64,000 nt of DNA from Spironucleus salmonicida (GCF_000497125.1 NC_090601.1:496001-560000); one strand, 5' to 3'; numbered from the stretch's first letter, positions 14,006-27,728 are shown. The notes: generated by a model not told the origin, from the sequence alone. Numbers and translations are program-made.

Positions 14006-14351
14006 GGAAAAATTGAAGTACTACATAGATTACTATTATCAAAGATAATAAAATAACTTTACTTCACATTAACATGTGTTATTTATATTCATATTACTTT
14101 AACGAAATGTGAATAACAGAATTACAAATTTTAGTTAAGTTATGTGATAATTGACATGTTTCAGAATTAGTTATCAATCCGTATTATTCCATAATATTGT
14201 GTAGTCCGGTTAATTCAATTGATTAAAAAATTAAAAAACTTTAGTTATTTCTTAGGTAAAATCAGAAGATACATTTTAATAAAATAAATGTTCGCCAGTA
14301 TAATATTTGCTGCTTAATACTGTAATATATTTATATTTACACAAAAAATAA

Positions 14352-14660
14352 TCACTCATCTATCGATCTAAGACTATCCTCTTTTAATATATTTAACACC
14401 AAACCTTCTACATCTTACTCCAGTTTATTAATAATAAAATTTATATTGCTACCTGCATCCGATTCTTCTGATCTTCGTCTGATATCCATCTGAAATGAGG
14501 GAATTCCAAAAGTCTCTGTCAAATCATTTTTCTATACACACATATTAGATACAAAAAATTAGACACAATCAGTGTTGTCTACATTTTACTCTTTTATTTT
14601 ATATTCTTTTTTTATATTTTCTGGATTGTCTGATGTTATTTCTGAATATTACGAACCCAT
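14352..14660 (-). CDS. Small acidic protein with an N-myristoylation-like start (102 aa)
   Basis: MGSQYSEITSDNPENIKKEY...KEDSLRSIDE-TGA (GAGTGA). Confidence 0.65.
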
Positions 14661-15618
14661 TAATAATTTTTTGTTTAGTTAGTAATATATAAGATTTATA
14701 TAATTTATATGGCTTATTTTAATATAAGTTATTTTATCGACATATTATTTAGTATTTCTTTATTAGTAAAAAATGAACTGTGCAAATAATGATTATTTAT
14801 TATTAATATAAAGTATTGATTAAAAAATAGTAAATAAAAAGTCTTTATACTTATATTTAAATTTAATTAATTATCTAATTTGATTATTAAACATGCTGAT
14901 TATTATATAATAACATATAACTAATTTATAAGGTATTCTGTATATATTATTTTTAATTAATTGAAAATTAATATTAATTTAGTAAGTAAATTATTTATCA
15001 TTATCTAATAAATCAAGAGCAATTTTGTTATTAAAAATATAACAAATCATGTCACAAATATAAAATTTTATTTAAATGAGAAGACTATAAAATAATATAA
15101 ACATAGCATTGGCAATTGACACCATCTTTTAACATTCTCTTTATGCCCAATGATAATTATAATATATATTGTATGATCATAATTAAAAAAGTCACGTAAC
15201 ATTAAATATACATTATAAATAAACTATAAATATATAATTTATAACTAATATATACTAATGCAGTGTAGTTATAACATTTCTGCAAGCTATATATTCTAGA
15301 AATAATATATTATAATTTCGCTTTAATGATTAAATACAAATTTATTAATAATAATCTTTTCGAAAATAACTAAACATATTTTCAATTTTTATTCCAAGTG
15401 TTAAAGTAAATAGAATATGAAGACATTGTGTAGATTTCATGTTTTCATCGTTTATATTATAATTTGTACTGTGTAGTTCTTAGTGTATAATTTACTTATT
15501 AAAGTAAAATAAATATAATATATTATGATTATTATATAATTTTATATTAAATTAAAAAACATTATTTATATATATTACTATTATACTATATTTATAAGGC
15601 GTGATACCACTTTAATCG

Positions 15619-15981
15619 ATGTAATCCCCTCGAGATAATGAAAATTTTGCTTTCACTCTTAAAAATCTAGAAAGATATTAAAAATCTGTTAAAAAGCAAA
15701 AAGAATTCAAGGAAAAAGAACTACTGCATGACTCTTTTATAAAATTAAATAATAGCAGGAATGCATAGTAGAAGGTCAATGAGAATGAGTTTAAGTCAGC
15801 AATGAGCAGAAAGCATACATTTTCACATATAAAACTAATATAAATAAAAAATAAAAAAGAAATTCAGCTTATAAAAAGCAACATGGCAAAAGGATCTATT
15901 TAAAAATGTGATAATTTGATGTTATAAAGTAAATTTGATATGACTAAAATTACAGTAGAAGATAGTTTCTCAGAGATATGA
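15619..15981 (+). CDS. Hypothetical basic protein (120 aa)
   Basis: MQSPRDNENFAFTLKNLERYQKSVKKQKEF...VEDSFSEI-TGA. Confidence 0.5.
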
Positions 15982-16501
15982 GGGAATACATCTATGGGTT
16001 AGGAAATATTTAAAAGTTAGTTAGATTAATATGTACAATTTATCAGGTAAAATCAGCGTCATTTTATAATTAGCACTATTTAAATTTATGTTCGAGTTAT
16101 TCATGCAGATTCTATAAATTTTATGTAAATCATCGAATTTAGGCATAAGTTACAACCATTAGTATTTAAATACAAATTAATTTACTCTAAAAATACGGCT
16201 TTATCACTAAATCAGCTTCAAACACTATGAAAATATTTATTACGAATATCATAATTATTAAAACTTATAGTATTTTGTGTTATAAGATCAAAAATATCCA
16301 GTGAGGTTATATCCTAATTCCAACTATAACCTTATACTTTTTAATTGATGTTAACAAGAGCTGGTAGGTTGGAGTTAGCATAATAAGTTAATTTAAGTAT
16401 TGCTAGTATTAAGTTGTATAAACCAGGCATAACTATAAGTCTTAACTTGCATTTCGGAGTTTCCGAGTAAAGTTGCACGAGTATTAAGGATTAGTCTGAG
16501 A

Positions 16502-16552
16502 TAATTGAATATTTATGCTAATTGAATATTTATGCTAATTGATTATTTATGT
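16502..16552. repeat. 17-bp tandem repeat, 3 copies (TAATTGAATATTTATGC)
   Basis: Two perfect copies and one degenerate copy. Confidence 0.8.
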
Positions 16553-16998
16553 AAATTAATTAACAATAGATAATGGCTGTATATAATAGAATGATAATTA
16601 TTTGAACCCGTTTTATTTATATATTGATTTTTAAGATAATGTTAGATAGCAGTAATAATAAATACAAAGTATTATATATAATTTATTTAAAATTTGATAC
16701 ATATTGAGCATGTTGTTGATTATTATTATAAACTAAAATATTATATCTATATTATTCCTTTAATGAGCTATATAAATTTTATACTAGAAGTAAGTAAAAA
16801 CGGTTTCGGGATAGTCCACTATAATATTAATTAATTATAACAATCATAAATGAATAAATGTTTCTGTGATAAAATGAATATTTATGTTTTTATTAAAGTA
16901 TAGATTTTTATAACTAATGGATATGGAATTTACTTAAATTCCAAAAATATATAATATCTTAACAAATACCAAGTAACCCAAAACTAGCTGAGTTTAAA

Positions 16999-17883
16999 AT
17001 GACAGCTTCAGGAACATGTTCTACAACCTCCTAGCAGTGCAAGTAAAATCATTACTGTCCCGCCACAGATGCTAAGTAAGTTTAGTGTTTACCCTGCTCA
17101 GATGATATACAACAAGGCCAAGGGTGCTTCTGCTAAGATTATCAGGTAACTGAAAATTGCCTTGAATGTGCTAATGGGAAATGTTCTAAATTCTTAATGT
17201 AGAAAACAAAATAAGATAATAGTTGTGTGGCAAATTGTGCAGAATGTATTACTGGGAAAGGATGTACTAAGTGTAACGACGGATACACACTTGATACAGT
17301 ATCTATTACCTGTAGACCTTCATGTACTGACAATTCTTAATGCTTACCTGAACATTAGCATTATTGTAATATAAATAAATAAATTTGTGACTAGTGTACC
17401 GGAAGATGCTCTCTTTGTTCGTCAGAAACGTTTTGTCTTGGATGCAGTGGAACAAATTAAGTTTTAACGATTGAAGGTAAGTGTATTGATTAATGTAGTA
17501 GTTTATAAACAGGTTAGTATTGTAATAATGGAACCCCTGCGACTTGTACTGAAGATATCACTTCAGAGTGCACATGTGGTAGTGCCAAAAACTGCGCCAC
17601 ATGTTCTGACGACCGCAATAGCTGTTCAGTATGTTTGATTGGTATGGCGAAAGATGACAGTGGGGCATGTAACAAATGTGTTGAAGGACATACGATGATC
17701 AGTGGAAAATGTTGGCTTAATGGTAAAACCCCGACTAGACCAGTTAATCCTGCTGTAAATAAAAATAATCTCAGTGGTGGTGCGATCGTTGGTATTATTA
17801 TTGGAGTATTGGCTGTTGTAGGGGCGATTAGTGGTATTGTAATGGTGATAATTATAAAAAGTAAAAAGAATTAAGTAAAATGA
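16999..17883 (+). CDS. Cysteine-rich membrane protein, one module (294 aa)
   Basis: MTASGTCSTTSQQCKQNHYCPA; many CxxC/CxC motifs; C-terminal TM LSGGAIVGIIIGVLAVVGAISGIVMVIII followed by KSKK. Confidence 0.9.
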
Positions 17884-20055
17884 CACTGGATCTATTAATA
17901 TTGTTCAATGAGTGATAGGCAATTAATGTATACTGATAACTGATAATTTTTACTCAGTATGATTATATCATTAGTAAATGAAAATATATCAATTCTCATT
18001 ACTATAGTATAATATTAGTATTAAATATGCATGATTTGAATAATAGAAACAGTTTTCCATAAAGACATTTCATATTTATGTGCTAATATTATAAACTAAC
18101 GTAAATCTCCTATACATGTTTATATCAGATTTACACTTTAGCATTTCTACAAGCATAATATCTCATATCAATTTATTATAAATACTACACCATACGATTT
18201 CCTTTTTCTTTAAATGATGCTTAATAAGTAATCGACTTAGCTATTTTACCGACTATCGTTTATATAAATAAATTTTTCTTTTTCTTATATTCTATATACT
18301 ATAAACTTAATGATTTCATGCAGGCTTTCTATATGTTAAAAACGAACTATTATATATTAATTATAATATTCTAATTCCTTAAACGATTACTCGAAATATA
18401 GCTATTTCTATATTACCATATAAATACGTATTTAACACCTCAATTTACTATCCTCTCATAAACCCCACTCCAATCCGAATGCCTTATTTTTTAAATAATT
18501 AAATTTGTGCCCATTCAGCAAATGTAAAAATCACCAGACGACGCTATTTGCACCGTCCAGTACCTTCATTGCAAACTAACCAGAAAATTACGAAATCAGA
18601 AAGCTGCGCAAAACCTGCTCTGCTCAGTCTTCACGCGCCAGATCATTTTACCGCTTCATTGACGCCAGCGGCGAGTGCAAAAACGGTGAATTTTGCAAGT
18701 GGAACCCCACTGGAACCTAGAGCGTTCCTGAAACACAGAACATAAATGCACACCTGCAATATCGGCTTCGAAAGGCCCTCCGATCGAAACTGTGCAGCGA
18801 ATCGAGGCATGCTGCAAAAGACGGTTAGATAATGTACCCTGAAAATGGCCTACAAGCGCGATACACCGGCTGCAGCTTCTCAGGATGTGAAGAATTCTGA
18901 CTAAAACTTATTCATGCGGAAGCTGAAAGGCGAACGTGCACAAATCGTGCGGGTATGACTTTCAATGTACGAGATAACTGTCATAACGCGGTATAGCTGC
19001 GCTTCAGAGCATAGAAATTGTAGTTTTTCTGGTGCGTATCTGAAGACTCCAATGACAAAAATAACCTCTCAAGAGTGATTAAATTAATTGCGATCGGGAA
19101 GCTAGTATGTTAATGCATAAAAAGAGCGAGGAAGTAACGGATAGTTTTGGTTTAAAAAGTTAGTTTGATGTAGCTTTAAGGGGTTAAAAATTGCAGTTTG
19201 GTTGGTGGGTGTTGAGCAAGGCTAGTAAAAAGGAGTAGGAAATTGATCTTAGGGAAGGGTATAATACTCAATTTAGTATTTTTAAAATTAGATTGATAAG
19301 TAAACTAGAAATAAACTAGAAAGGAACCAGACACTTAATTATCTGTAAAGCTAAAACTTGAAAAAAATAGTATAATTTCTAGGTATTATATTGCTAGAAA
19401 AAAATTGATTATGGTTGATGGAATTGAAATTATTAAAGCGATTTTTATTATGCATATGTAATTATAGCGGAAGGGAGCAAGAAAAATATAAATTAAATGT
19501 CTATAAACCCATTGAATGTGCTCATTCAAGGCATAGAAATTATAAGAAGTGTTAAATGTATAATAATGACACATCAAATGCGTGCATAAATCGATATTCA
19601 CTTAAATAAACCGCTGGTTTGCAAACATATATATTATTGCTAAAGTATTAATTTGTAGTTTATAGAATTTTGTTCATTATTAAAAAATAAAATTATGAAT
19701 ATATATGCAGGAACCACTGAAGAAACTTTTAGTTAATAAAAATTATAACTAATTTATTAAAAAATTATCAACAAAATATTGTTTATAATTATTATATCTA
19801 GCATATAATATCATTACTGATTTTAATAAATAAGGGTTTATTATTAATTTTTTACTATATTACTAGAAACTGTATTTCTATTCTTTTATATTTATAATAT
19901 AATTTTATCATAAGATTATGGATCTCATTTATACTCAAAGAAACAGAACTAGAAATATATCATATTCATTAATTATAATATGTACTATGAAAAATTATAT
20001 TGTTATTAATACCTAACTTTAATTCTCTATCAGAAAATAAATCAAATCCTACAAA

Positions 20056-21792
20056 ATGACAGGAACATGTTCAGATACTATAAATAAGTGCGAGACTAAT
20101 AATTATTGTCCGGTAAATCCTGGTATTAATGAAATATTCTGTGTATAATGTACTCCAAATATGCCAGTACATACATTTTGTCACTGTAGTGAACAAGCTG
20201 TTCTTGATAGAAACTGCATTGAATGTAAAGAAAATGAGTGTACTAATTGTCGATTAGGGTATTTTATTAAAGAAAAACGTTGTACTAAATGCATGGAAAA
20301 TTGTAATAGTTGTGTAGACGAAACTACATGCACCAAATGCATAAACAGTTTCTATCTAACTAATGGAACCTGTAATAAATGCTTGATTAATTGTTAAAAT
20401 TGTTAAAATAAAAGTACATGTGAACTTTGCGCTTTGGGTTAAAGTTTAACAATTGAAAAAACTTGTTCTAATTGCCCAGAAAACTGTGCTAGATGCAACA
20501 ACTAAAATAAATGTAAATAATGCAGCTAAAGTTTTACTTTATCTACTAATAATACTTGCGATCCATGCTAAACTATAACTACTCTAGCCTAAAAATGTTA
20601 ATGTGGGAATAGATAGATAAGTGGCTGCCTAGATTGTAGCATAGACAACATTAGCTGCAAAACTTGTCTACCTGGCGGACGATTTTTGTATAATAGATGC
20701 GTAATTGACGAGTGCTAAACTGAATTAGACTGCAATAAAGGTTATTTTTGCTTTAAAATCAGTCTCCTTCAGAATACGTGTATAAAATGCAGAGAAAGAT
20801 GTGCATCTTGTAAAGGTGGTAGTAGTTTGTGCACTTCATGCCACTTTGGAGAGTATTTGGATGCTAATTTTTGTAAAAAATGTGAGATATAAGGCCCAAC
20901 TGGATTTAGTTGCTAATGTGGAGATAACTTAATTAGTAATTGTGGATTATGCACAGGAAATTCTTGTTAGACATGTATACATGGATTCAGTTTAGTTAAT
21001 GGTGTATGTTAAGTATGTTCAGATAATATAGAAGGTGATTCATGTTAATGCAATGAAAAGTATATTATGAATTGTACAGAATGCGGAGAATAAGGATGTT
21101 AAAAATGTATTAACGGTTATATTTATGACGGATAAGTATGTAAGCTAAGTAGTTGTGAAGCCGAAAATTTTTGTGGCAACGGAATGTACTGTGATACCAC
21201 ATCATCTTTATAGACATGCAAAGCGTGTATAGCTGGTTGTAGTTCTTGTTTAAATGGATTGAAATGTGATATATGTTAAAATAATTCATTTTTAAAGAAT
21301 TAAATTTGTGTTACTTGTTCTTAAAACAATACAGATCCATGTAATTGTGATGGTTAAATGATAAATGGATGTACAAACTGTAATGGGACATAATGTTAGA
21401 CATGCTCATCAGGTATGTATTTGAAAGCCAACTAATGTAATTAATGTATGTTGTTATAATTAGGTGAATAATGTTAATGTGGTTTGGTTAAGATTGATAA
21501 TTGTATCTAATGCGGTGATAGTGGTTAGTGTAATACTTGTGTAGAAGGTGCATAATTAGTAGATCACGTGTGCATTGATTGCACAATAAATCCTGAAAAA
21601 TGTGATAATAGCTATATTTCTACTAATTCTATAATAGGGATTATAGCTGGAATTATACTGCTATTAATATTAATTATACTTGGTATTACTTTTGCTGTTG
21701 TAAAATACAGAAAAAGAAAAGAAAAATTAAAATTAAATGATTTAAGCATGCTAGTTCGAAAAGAAACTTCAAGTAGTCAATTATTACTCTGA
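20056..21792 (+). CDS. Cysteine-rich membrane protein (578 aa)
   Basis: MTGTCSDTINKCETNNYCP; furin-like CxxC repeats; TM IIGIIAGIILLLILIILGITFAVV followed by KYRKRK. Confidence 0.9.
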
Positions 21793-22533
21793 TTTTTTTT
21801 AAATATTAATCAAAAAATTATATAAAATTTAATTTATCTATTACTAACCTAAAAAGAATTTTACTAATTTAGAGTAAATTAATTTATATTAATAAACTCA
21901 GTTATATTCTAAAGATTAATTATAAAACACAATATAGTTTTTTGTAAACTAGAAGATTTATACAGTAAAAATATCTTAAGCTCGTAAATAAGATGGATAA
22001 TTTAAGTAGAGTATTACTATCCATGCAACTTATTATATTTAACATTTTTAATAAATTTTGCGGAATGTCATTGTCAAATAATATCAATTAAAATACAAGC
22101 TATCTAAAATAGTCATAAACCCTAACAAATAAAATTTAAATATTAATGGTTATTAGTGTCTCATAAAAATATGAAATTAACATATTTATATTTTATTAAC
22201 AATTTTTAACTTCACAAGCACTTAAATAATGATGAATAATTAAAACATATTTTTTGCTTAAAAATACGATATAAGTTACATTAAATCATAATTAAAATCA
22301 TAGTTTATATGGTCTTCAAATTGAGCAAATTATTGAAACATGATGAATTTTCTTATCTAAAATGTTCTTAATTATTCACCATATAATTTCATAACATATT
22401 TATGATATATTATTATAAAATATCAATAAAATTAACATATAAGCTAAACTATACAATACAAAGGTTGGTTTTAATGTTATCTCCCTATTATCATTAAATA
22501 TTATACAAATTTTAATATACTTTCCATCATTAA

Positions 22534-23136
22534 ATGCCAATTCCACTACCAGGTAGCCATGCTCCTAATTTCTAAATAGATGTCCTCACGCCAACATTAT
22601 CATTTGAAAAACGCCAATTATCCGATTATAAAGGAAAGTATCTTGTTATTGTCTTTTATCCTTTAGATTTTGCATTCGTTTGTCCTTCAGAAATAATACA
22701 CTTTTCCGAAGCTTCTGCTTAGCTTAAAATTCATACTTGCGATATAATAATAGGTTCATGTGATTCTTAATATACACATTTTGCGTGGTCTCTTTAGGAA
22801 TAAAGCGAAGGAGGTATCGGTGTGTGTAAATGTGATATTTTTGCTGATAAGTCAACTAAAATGTCACAAGATTTTGGAGTTTTAACTGAGGGATAAGGAA
22901 AGGCATTGAGAGGAATTTTTATTATTTCAGATACTGGGATTGTTAGGTCTGTAACTGTAAACGATTTTTAAGTAGGTAGATCCGTTGAAGAGTGTCTGAG
23001 GCTTGTTCAGGCCTTTTAGTATGCAGACAAAACAGGGGCTGGGGTTCCCTGTGGTTGGAGTCCAGAGAAACCGGATGAAGTAGTAAAAGGTACTATAGAG
23101 GAGAAAAAGGAATTTTATAAAAGGAATTTTGATTGA
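22534..23136 (+). CDS. 2-Cys peroxiredoxin, AhpC/Prx1 family (200 aa)
   Basis: [57 protein letters not shown]-terminal VPCGW. Confidence 0.95.
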
Positions 23137-23504
23137 TATTTTGATTTACGATACTTAAAAAGTATAATAAATAGCCCATTTGCTATACTATTGTATTGAA
23201 TTTACAATAAATTTGATGATGACAAATTTATATATATGGGATATATAAAGTAAATCAGGTTTATATAGTGAGGAGCATTAATTAACTTTCAATATTCGTA
23301 TTTACAGTATTTTAAATTCATTTTTAAAATATATTTACGCATTATATATAATAAAGTTAATGCAACTATTTAAATTTTATTCTAAAATCTTCAATATAAA
23401 TTCTATTATTCAAGCACATATTTAACGATTATAAAAGATTAATCTTATGTTATTCGATAAATCATTATATTAATAGAGTGTATTAATTTTTATATAATTA
23501 CAAA

Positions 23505-24068
23505 ATGAACATAGTTGAACGTTATCAAGAGCATATTGATCAAGCTATATCATTATCTAAAATTGATGCATATAGAACACATACAGATATATTTATTCAT
23601 CTTGGACTGATATTTGATGCACTGGATAAACGATTAACTTTATTTTCTCCATAAATTTTTGCTTTATAGAATAAAGTATAAAAACCTTCCAATATTATTG
23701 AAGATGGGTAGGAAACATCACGAATCATAGAAGGTTTAAAGACTGAAAATAAAATTTTGTAGTCACGTTTGAACACGATTATTACTGCGAATACTCGACT
23801 TTAGAAGTTTCATATACACAAAGATTAAGAGATAGGCCAATAAAGTATTTATGAAGTAGTTGGAGAGTATCAGTTAAAGTATATTAAACTACAAAATGAG
23901 CATCACAAAATAGATTAAGAATGTAGTAATTATAGAAAATTAGCCTCAGAAAATATAGGACTATAGATACCGAAATTGAGCATATCTCCTATCATAAAAT
24001 CTGTGCTGAATAAGCGTGGTATTTCTGTCTGTGAAAATAGGCTCATAAAGACTGGACGAATTTAGTGA
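23505..24068 (+). CDS. Hypothetical coiled-coil protein (187 aa)
   Basis: aaaATG MNIVERYQEHIDQAISL..., ending TAG TGA. Confidence 0.7.
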
Positions 24069-24283
24069 TATATTTATTAAGAGCATAAAAGATAAAATAT
24101 TTAATTTGATTATCTTTCAAAAAATTAAAATATTGAGTTCTACATTATAAATTTACAATTATAACTAATAATAGGTTTATATTGATATAGGTTTTTCATG
24201 AAAATAGCATATTTTCCATATCAATTTAAATTCAACAATGTTATTTGCCACTTAAAAAGTATAGTGTCACTATTTAAATTAAT

Positions 24284-24706
24284 TCAATCATCAAGTAACA
24301 CAACAAATAGTTTAAATGCACCGCAAATACCATAATTTTTCACACTAATAGCAGCATTTTATAATAAATCTCCATTTGCTTTTCGAATTTAAATGTTATT
24401 ATATTAAATTAAATTTGAAGCATATTCATATAGACAACAAGATTACATTTCTTAATTAGTTTTAATGATTGTTGATATTCCATCAGGGAATGAAAGTTTG
24501 ATTATGGTATCGTTTATAGTAAAAGATGGAATATATAATAAAGGATTGATATCTTAAATTAAAGTTTATTTTTAATTTTTAATATCTGAAATAATTTTTG
24601 GGACTCCTAAAAACCTTTCTACTTATATTTAAGGTTATTTTATCACTTTAATCGTCGGGTTCTTTGTAGCTGTTTTGGTTTTTTTAAATTTTACTCTTGA
24701 CTACAT
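24284..24706 (-). CDS. Protein with a C-terminal UBX/ubiquitin-like fold (140 aa)
   Basis: DTIIKLSFPDGISTIIKT...LYEYA...SVKNYGICGAFKLFVVL resembles the UBX beta-grasp pattern. Confidence 0.55.
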
Positions 24707-25581
24707 TTTATGAAATGTGAACTTTATTATTATATACATTCTATTTAAATAAATAATAAGTTAAAATATTAACGTAGATATCTTCATACCATACAATTTA
24801 CTAACTCTGCTAGCATTGAGTATATATTCTCTAAATTTTAGTTATATAAGACTACTAAATGCAATAGATCTATTTCTTTTATATTCACTACCTTGTTGGT
24901 TTTAGCTATAATGTCACTAATATGAATTATTTATAGATTTGGCATAAATTTACCATATTGGACAGTAATTTGGGTATATTCTACAAAGTTCAATCATTCT
25001 GTCAGTAATTACTAATTATTTGTACCGTAGTAATCAATTTATAATTTAAATAATTTTTAGATTTTATTTAGTATTTAAACGTATCAATTCAATTACTATG
25101 ATTATTGCAAGAAGGTCTGTATGTTATTTGAGAGTTTGGATTATTAAGAGGATTAACATAAAATTACATACTAGAGATAATTCTTTTTAACATAAAAAAT
25201 TATTCTAATGTTACATCTCATTTTATTTCTTTAAATATGATATTTCTTGTATTTCCATACTATTTAAAGTTTTAGGAAAAAACTAGATTTATTATTTACA
25301 CCTAAGTTTATATATTTATATAATTAAACTATGATGTAAATATTCTAATAAATTCGTATTATATTATATAATTTACAATGAAGAGTTTGTTTATTATTAA
25401 AACTAAAAGTTGAACCAAATATAATTTATTTATATTATATCAATAGAAGTAATTATGTTTAAAGACTGAATAAAAATAGATATATCATATATCATCTTTA
25501 GAATTTGTATAAACATAATCACAATATTTTTAGAATGTTAATAATTATTAATATAATTAATAATTAAAAAATATTTTTAAA

Positions 25582-25767
25582 ATGAAACCTTAACAACATT
25601 GCAGGAAGCACAACTCTGTAGTTATACTGAATGCGGCACATCCAATTATAGTTTAAAAAAGATAGTAGAATTTACTTCGGAATGTAAGTTTTAATAATAC
25701 CTCACCACGTATTAAGCATAAAGATTATTTTGAAGGATTTGTAAGTTTTGATACGGTTATTGAATGA
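25582..25767 (+). CDS. Microprotein family member A (61 aa)
   Basis: MKPQQHCRKHNSVVILNAAHPIIVQKRQQNLLRNVSFNNTSPRIKHKDYFEGFVSFDTVIE; paralogous to the ORFs at 26220 and 27412. Confidence 0.75.
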
Positions 25768-26219
25768 GAATTAGTCAGTGAAAGTTATGTATACTAATGA
25801 ATTTTTAGTAATAATTCCTATTTGTGTAAAAGCTCATTCATACAAATTTAGATAAAGATACTAATAATAAGACTACTATCTATTACACTTATAATTTTAC
25901 TTGTGAATAATTTTTACTATTAATTTATGCAATCTATTTTGATATAATTTATTCATTAAAGAATATACTTTTATGTTATAATTATATTTATTTTACGAAT
26001 ATAAAGAAAGAAAATTGAGCATATAAAATTGAAAACATAATTATTGTTATTAGCAGAATTTATTTTAATTATTATAGCTCATAATAATTTATTTCAATAT
26101 TTTTACAGATTTTGAACTAACCTTATTATAATAAATTATAAAGATAAGAAAAGAAACTGATAAAGCTTTATCAGTATTACAATAATAAGATTATTTTAAT
26201 ACGCAACTAATTGTTTGAA

Positions 26220-26405
26220 ATGAATGTAAAAACAAAATCAACAACTAAAAACGCTATGGTAATTCTTTAGTCTGCCTTCCCCACTATAGTAAAAGATAGA
26301 CAGCAGTAGTTGTTTTCTGATGTTTACATTCATCCTAGCTCTCCTCGTATTAAACCTAAAAACTATTTATAAGAATTTGTTAGTTTTGACTCAACAAATG
26401 AGTGA
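26220..26405 (+). CDS. Microprotein family member B (61 aa)
   Basis: MNVKTKSTTKNAMVILQSAFPTIVKDRQQQLFSDVYIHPSSPRIKPKNYLQEFVSFDSTNE; ends GAGTGA. Confidence 0.78.
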
Positions 26406-27041
26406 CTATATTTATAATAAAATCAATACGCTAAATAAAGTGAATCGATTTGGATATATTTTAATTTATCAAGTTAATATCTATATTAACTGAGACAATA
26501 GTAAAATTGTTTAATTAATAGTTTACATTAAAACAATAATAACATGCATAATAAGACGATAAATTATGTTATAAAAATTATTATTCAGTATAACATTAGA
26601 GTCAAATTTTACTATGAATTTTATCTCAGCCGCCTATAAATTAAATTGTTAGTAAAAATCTATGCGATATTAAAATTTATAATTTGTCCTAATTTATAGT
26701 ATTTTATGCAACGCTAATTTTGTATATAAATAATTAAAATACATAATGAGATTATATACTAAACTAAGATGTGCCCTATTTTACTTAAGGAGAATATATT
26801 TAAATATATCGACTTAATTTTAATAAAAATATGTTTTTATTACCATAAAAATTTAGAGGCAATATCAATACAACAATACAGAATAATTAACTTAAACTAA
26901 TATTGCTTAAATTAACTATAATTAGTTTAGATACTATTGTTGTAGCATCAAAAAGGCAATTAGTTTATTTACATTAAAATCCTTTAATCTATATAAAAAA
27001 CTAAATCACTATATATTAATATAATTATATTTTTTTAGAAA

Positions 27042-27290
27042 ATGCATGATTTAACTATTTTTGTTTAATCACTTAAATAGTAGAGAGTCAAGATTAATCT
27101 TAAAACAAATGAGGTTATTCACGGTACTGTACAATCGACAGATAACCAACAAAATATATATCTTATTGATGCAATAATTGATGATAATGAGGTTGATAAA
27201 GTTTTAGTAAGAGGTAGCTCTGTATAATCCATTTAGTCTCTATAATAATTAGATAAGGTACTTTAAAAATGTGCATCGAAAGTATTATGA
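27042..27290 (+). CDS. Sm/LSm-fold RNA-binding protein, SmD1/LSm2-like (82 aa)
   Basis: FVQSLKQQRVKINLKTNEVIHGTVQSTDNQQNIYLIDA (Sm1) and VDKVLVRGSSVQSIQ (Sm2, RG motif). Confidence 0.85.
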
Positions 27291-27411
27291 AGAAAGTGAA
27301 TCAATATTAAGTATGATATTCGAAAATAGATTTGTATTGTTATTTGAATTAGGATATTTTATTTAATATACCTATATATTGAAATAGTTAGAATAAAAGT
27401 TTTATTATAAA

Positions 27412-27591
27412 ATGGACCACTTAAAACAACTTAGTGAAAACTCTATAACGATGCTAACATCAGCATAGCCATATGCAGTTAGTAAAGGATAGAGGTTAAA
27501 ATTTAGTAAATTTACAGATGGGTTATCTACTCCTTAAATATCGCCTAGAGATTATCTATAAGATTATGAAAGCTTTTACTAAAATGAATGA
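27412..27591 (+). CDS. Microprotein family member C (59 aa)
   Basis: MDHLKQLSENSITMLTSAQPYAVSKGQRLKFSKFTDGLSTPQISPRDYLQDYESFYQNE. Confidence 0.72.
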
Positions 27592-27728
27592 AAATATAGT
27601 TATTTGATAATATATTAACATAATAATAATTAATAGCGTTTACTTAAAAAATTATTTACGTAATATAATAACTTACTATATAATTTATATGAATTATATA
27701 TTAAAATACTAGTATATTATAAGATAAA

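Noticed and set aside
16502-16552. CRISPR-like array
   Set aside because: Repeats are contiguous with no spacers, and the context is eukaryotic.
18479-18958. 159-codon TGA-free frame
   Set aside because: Competing frames are similarly open and none gives a recognisable protein.
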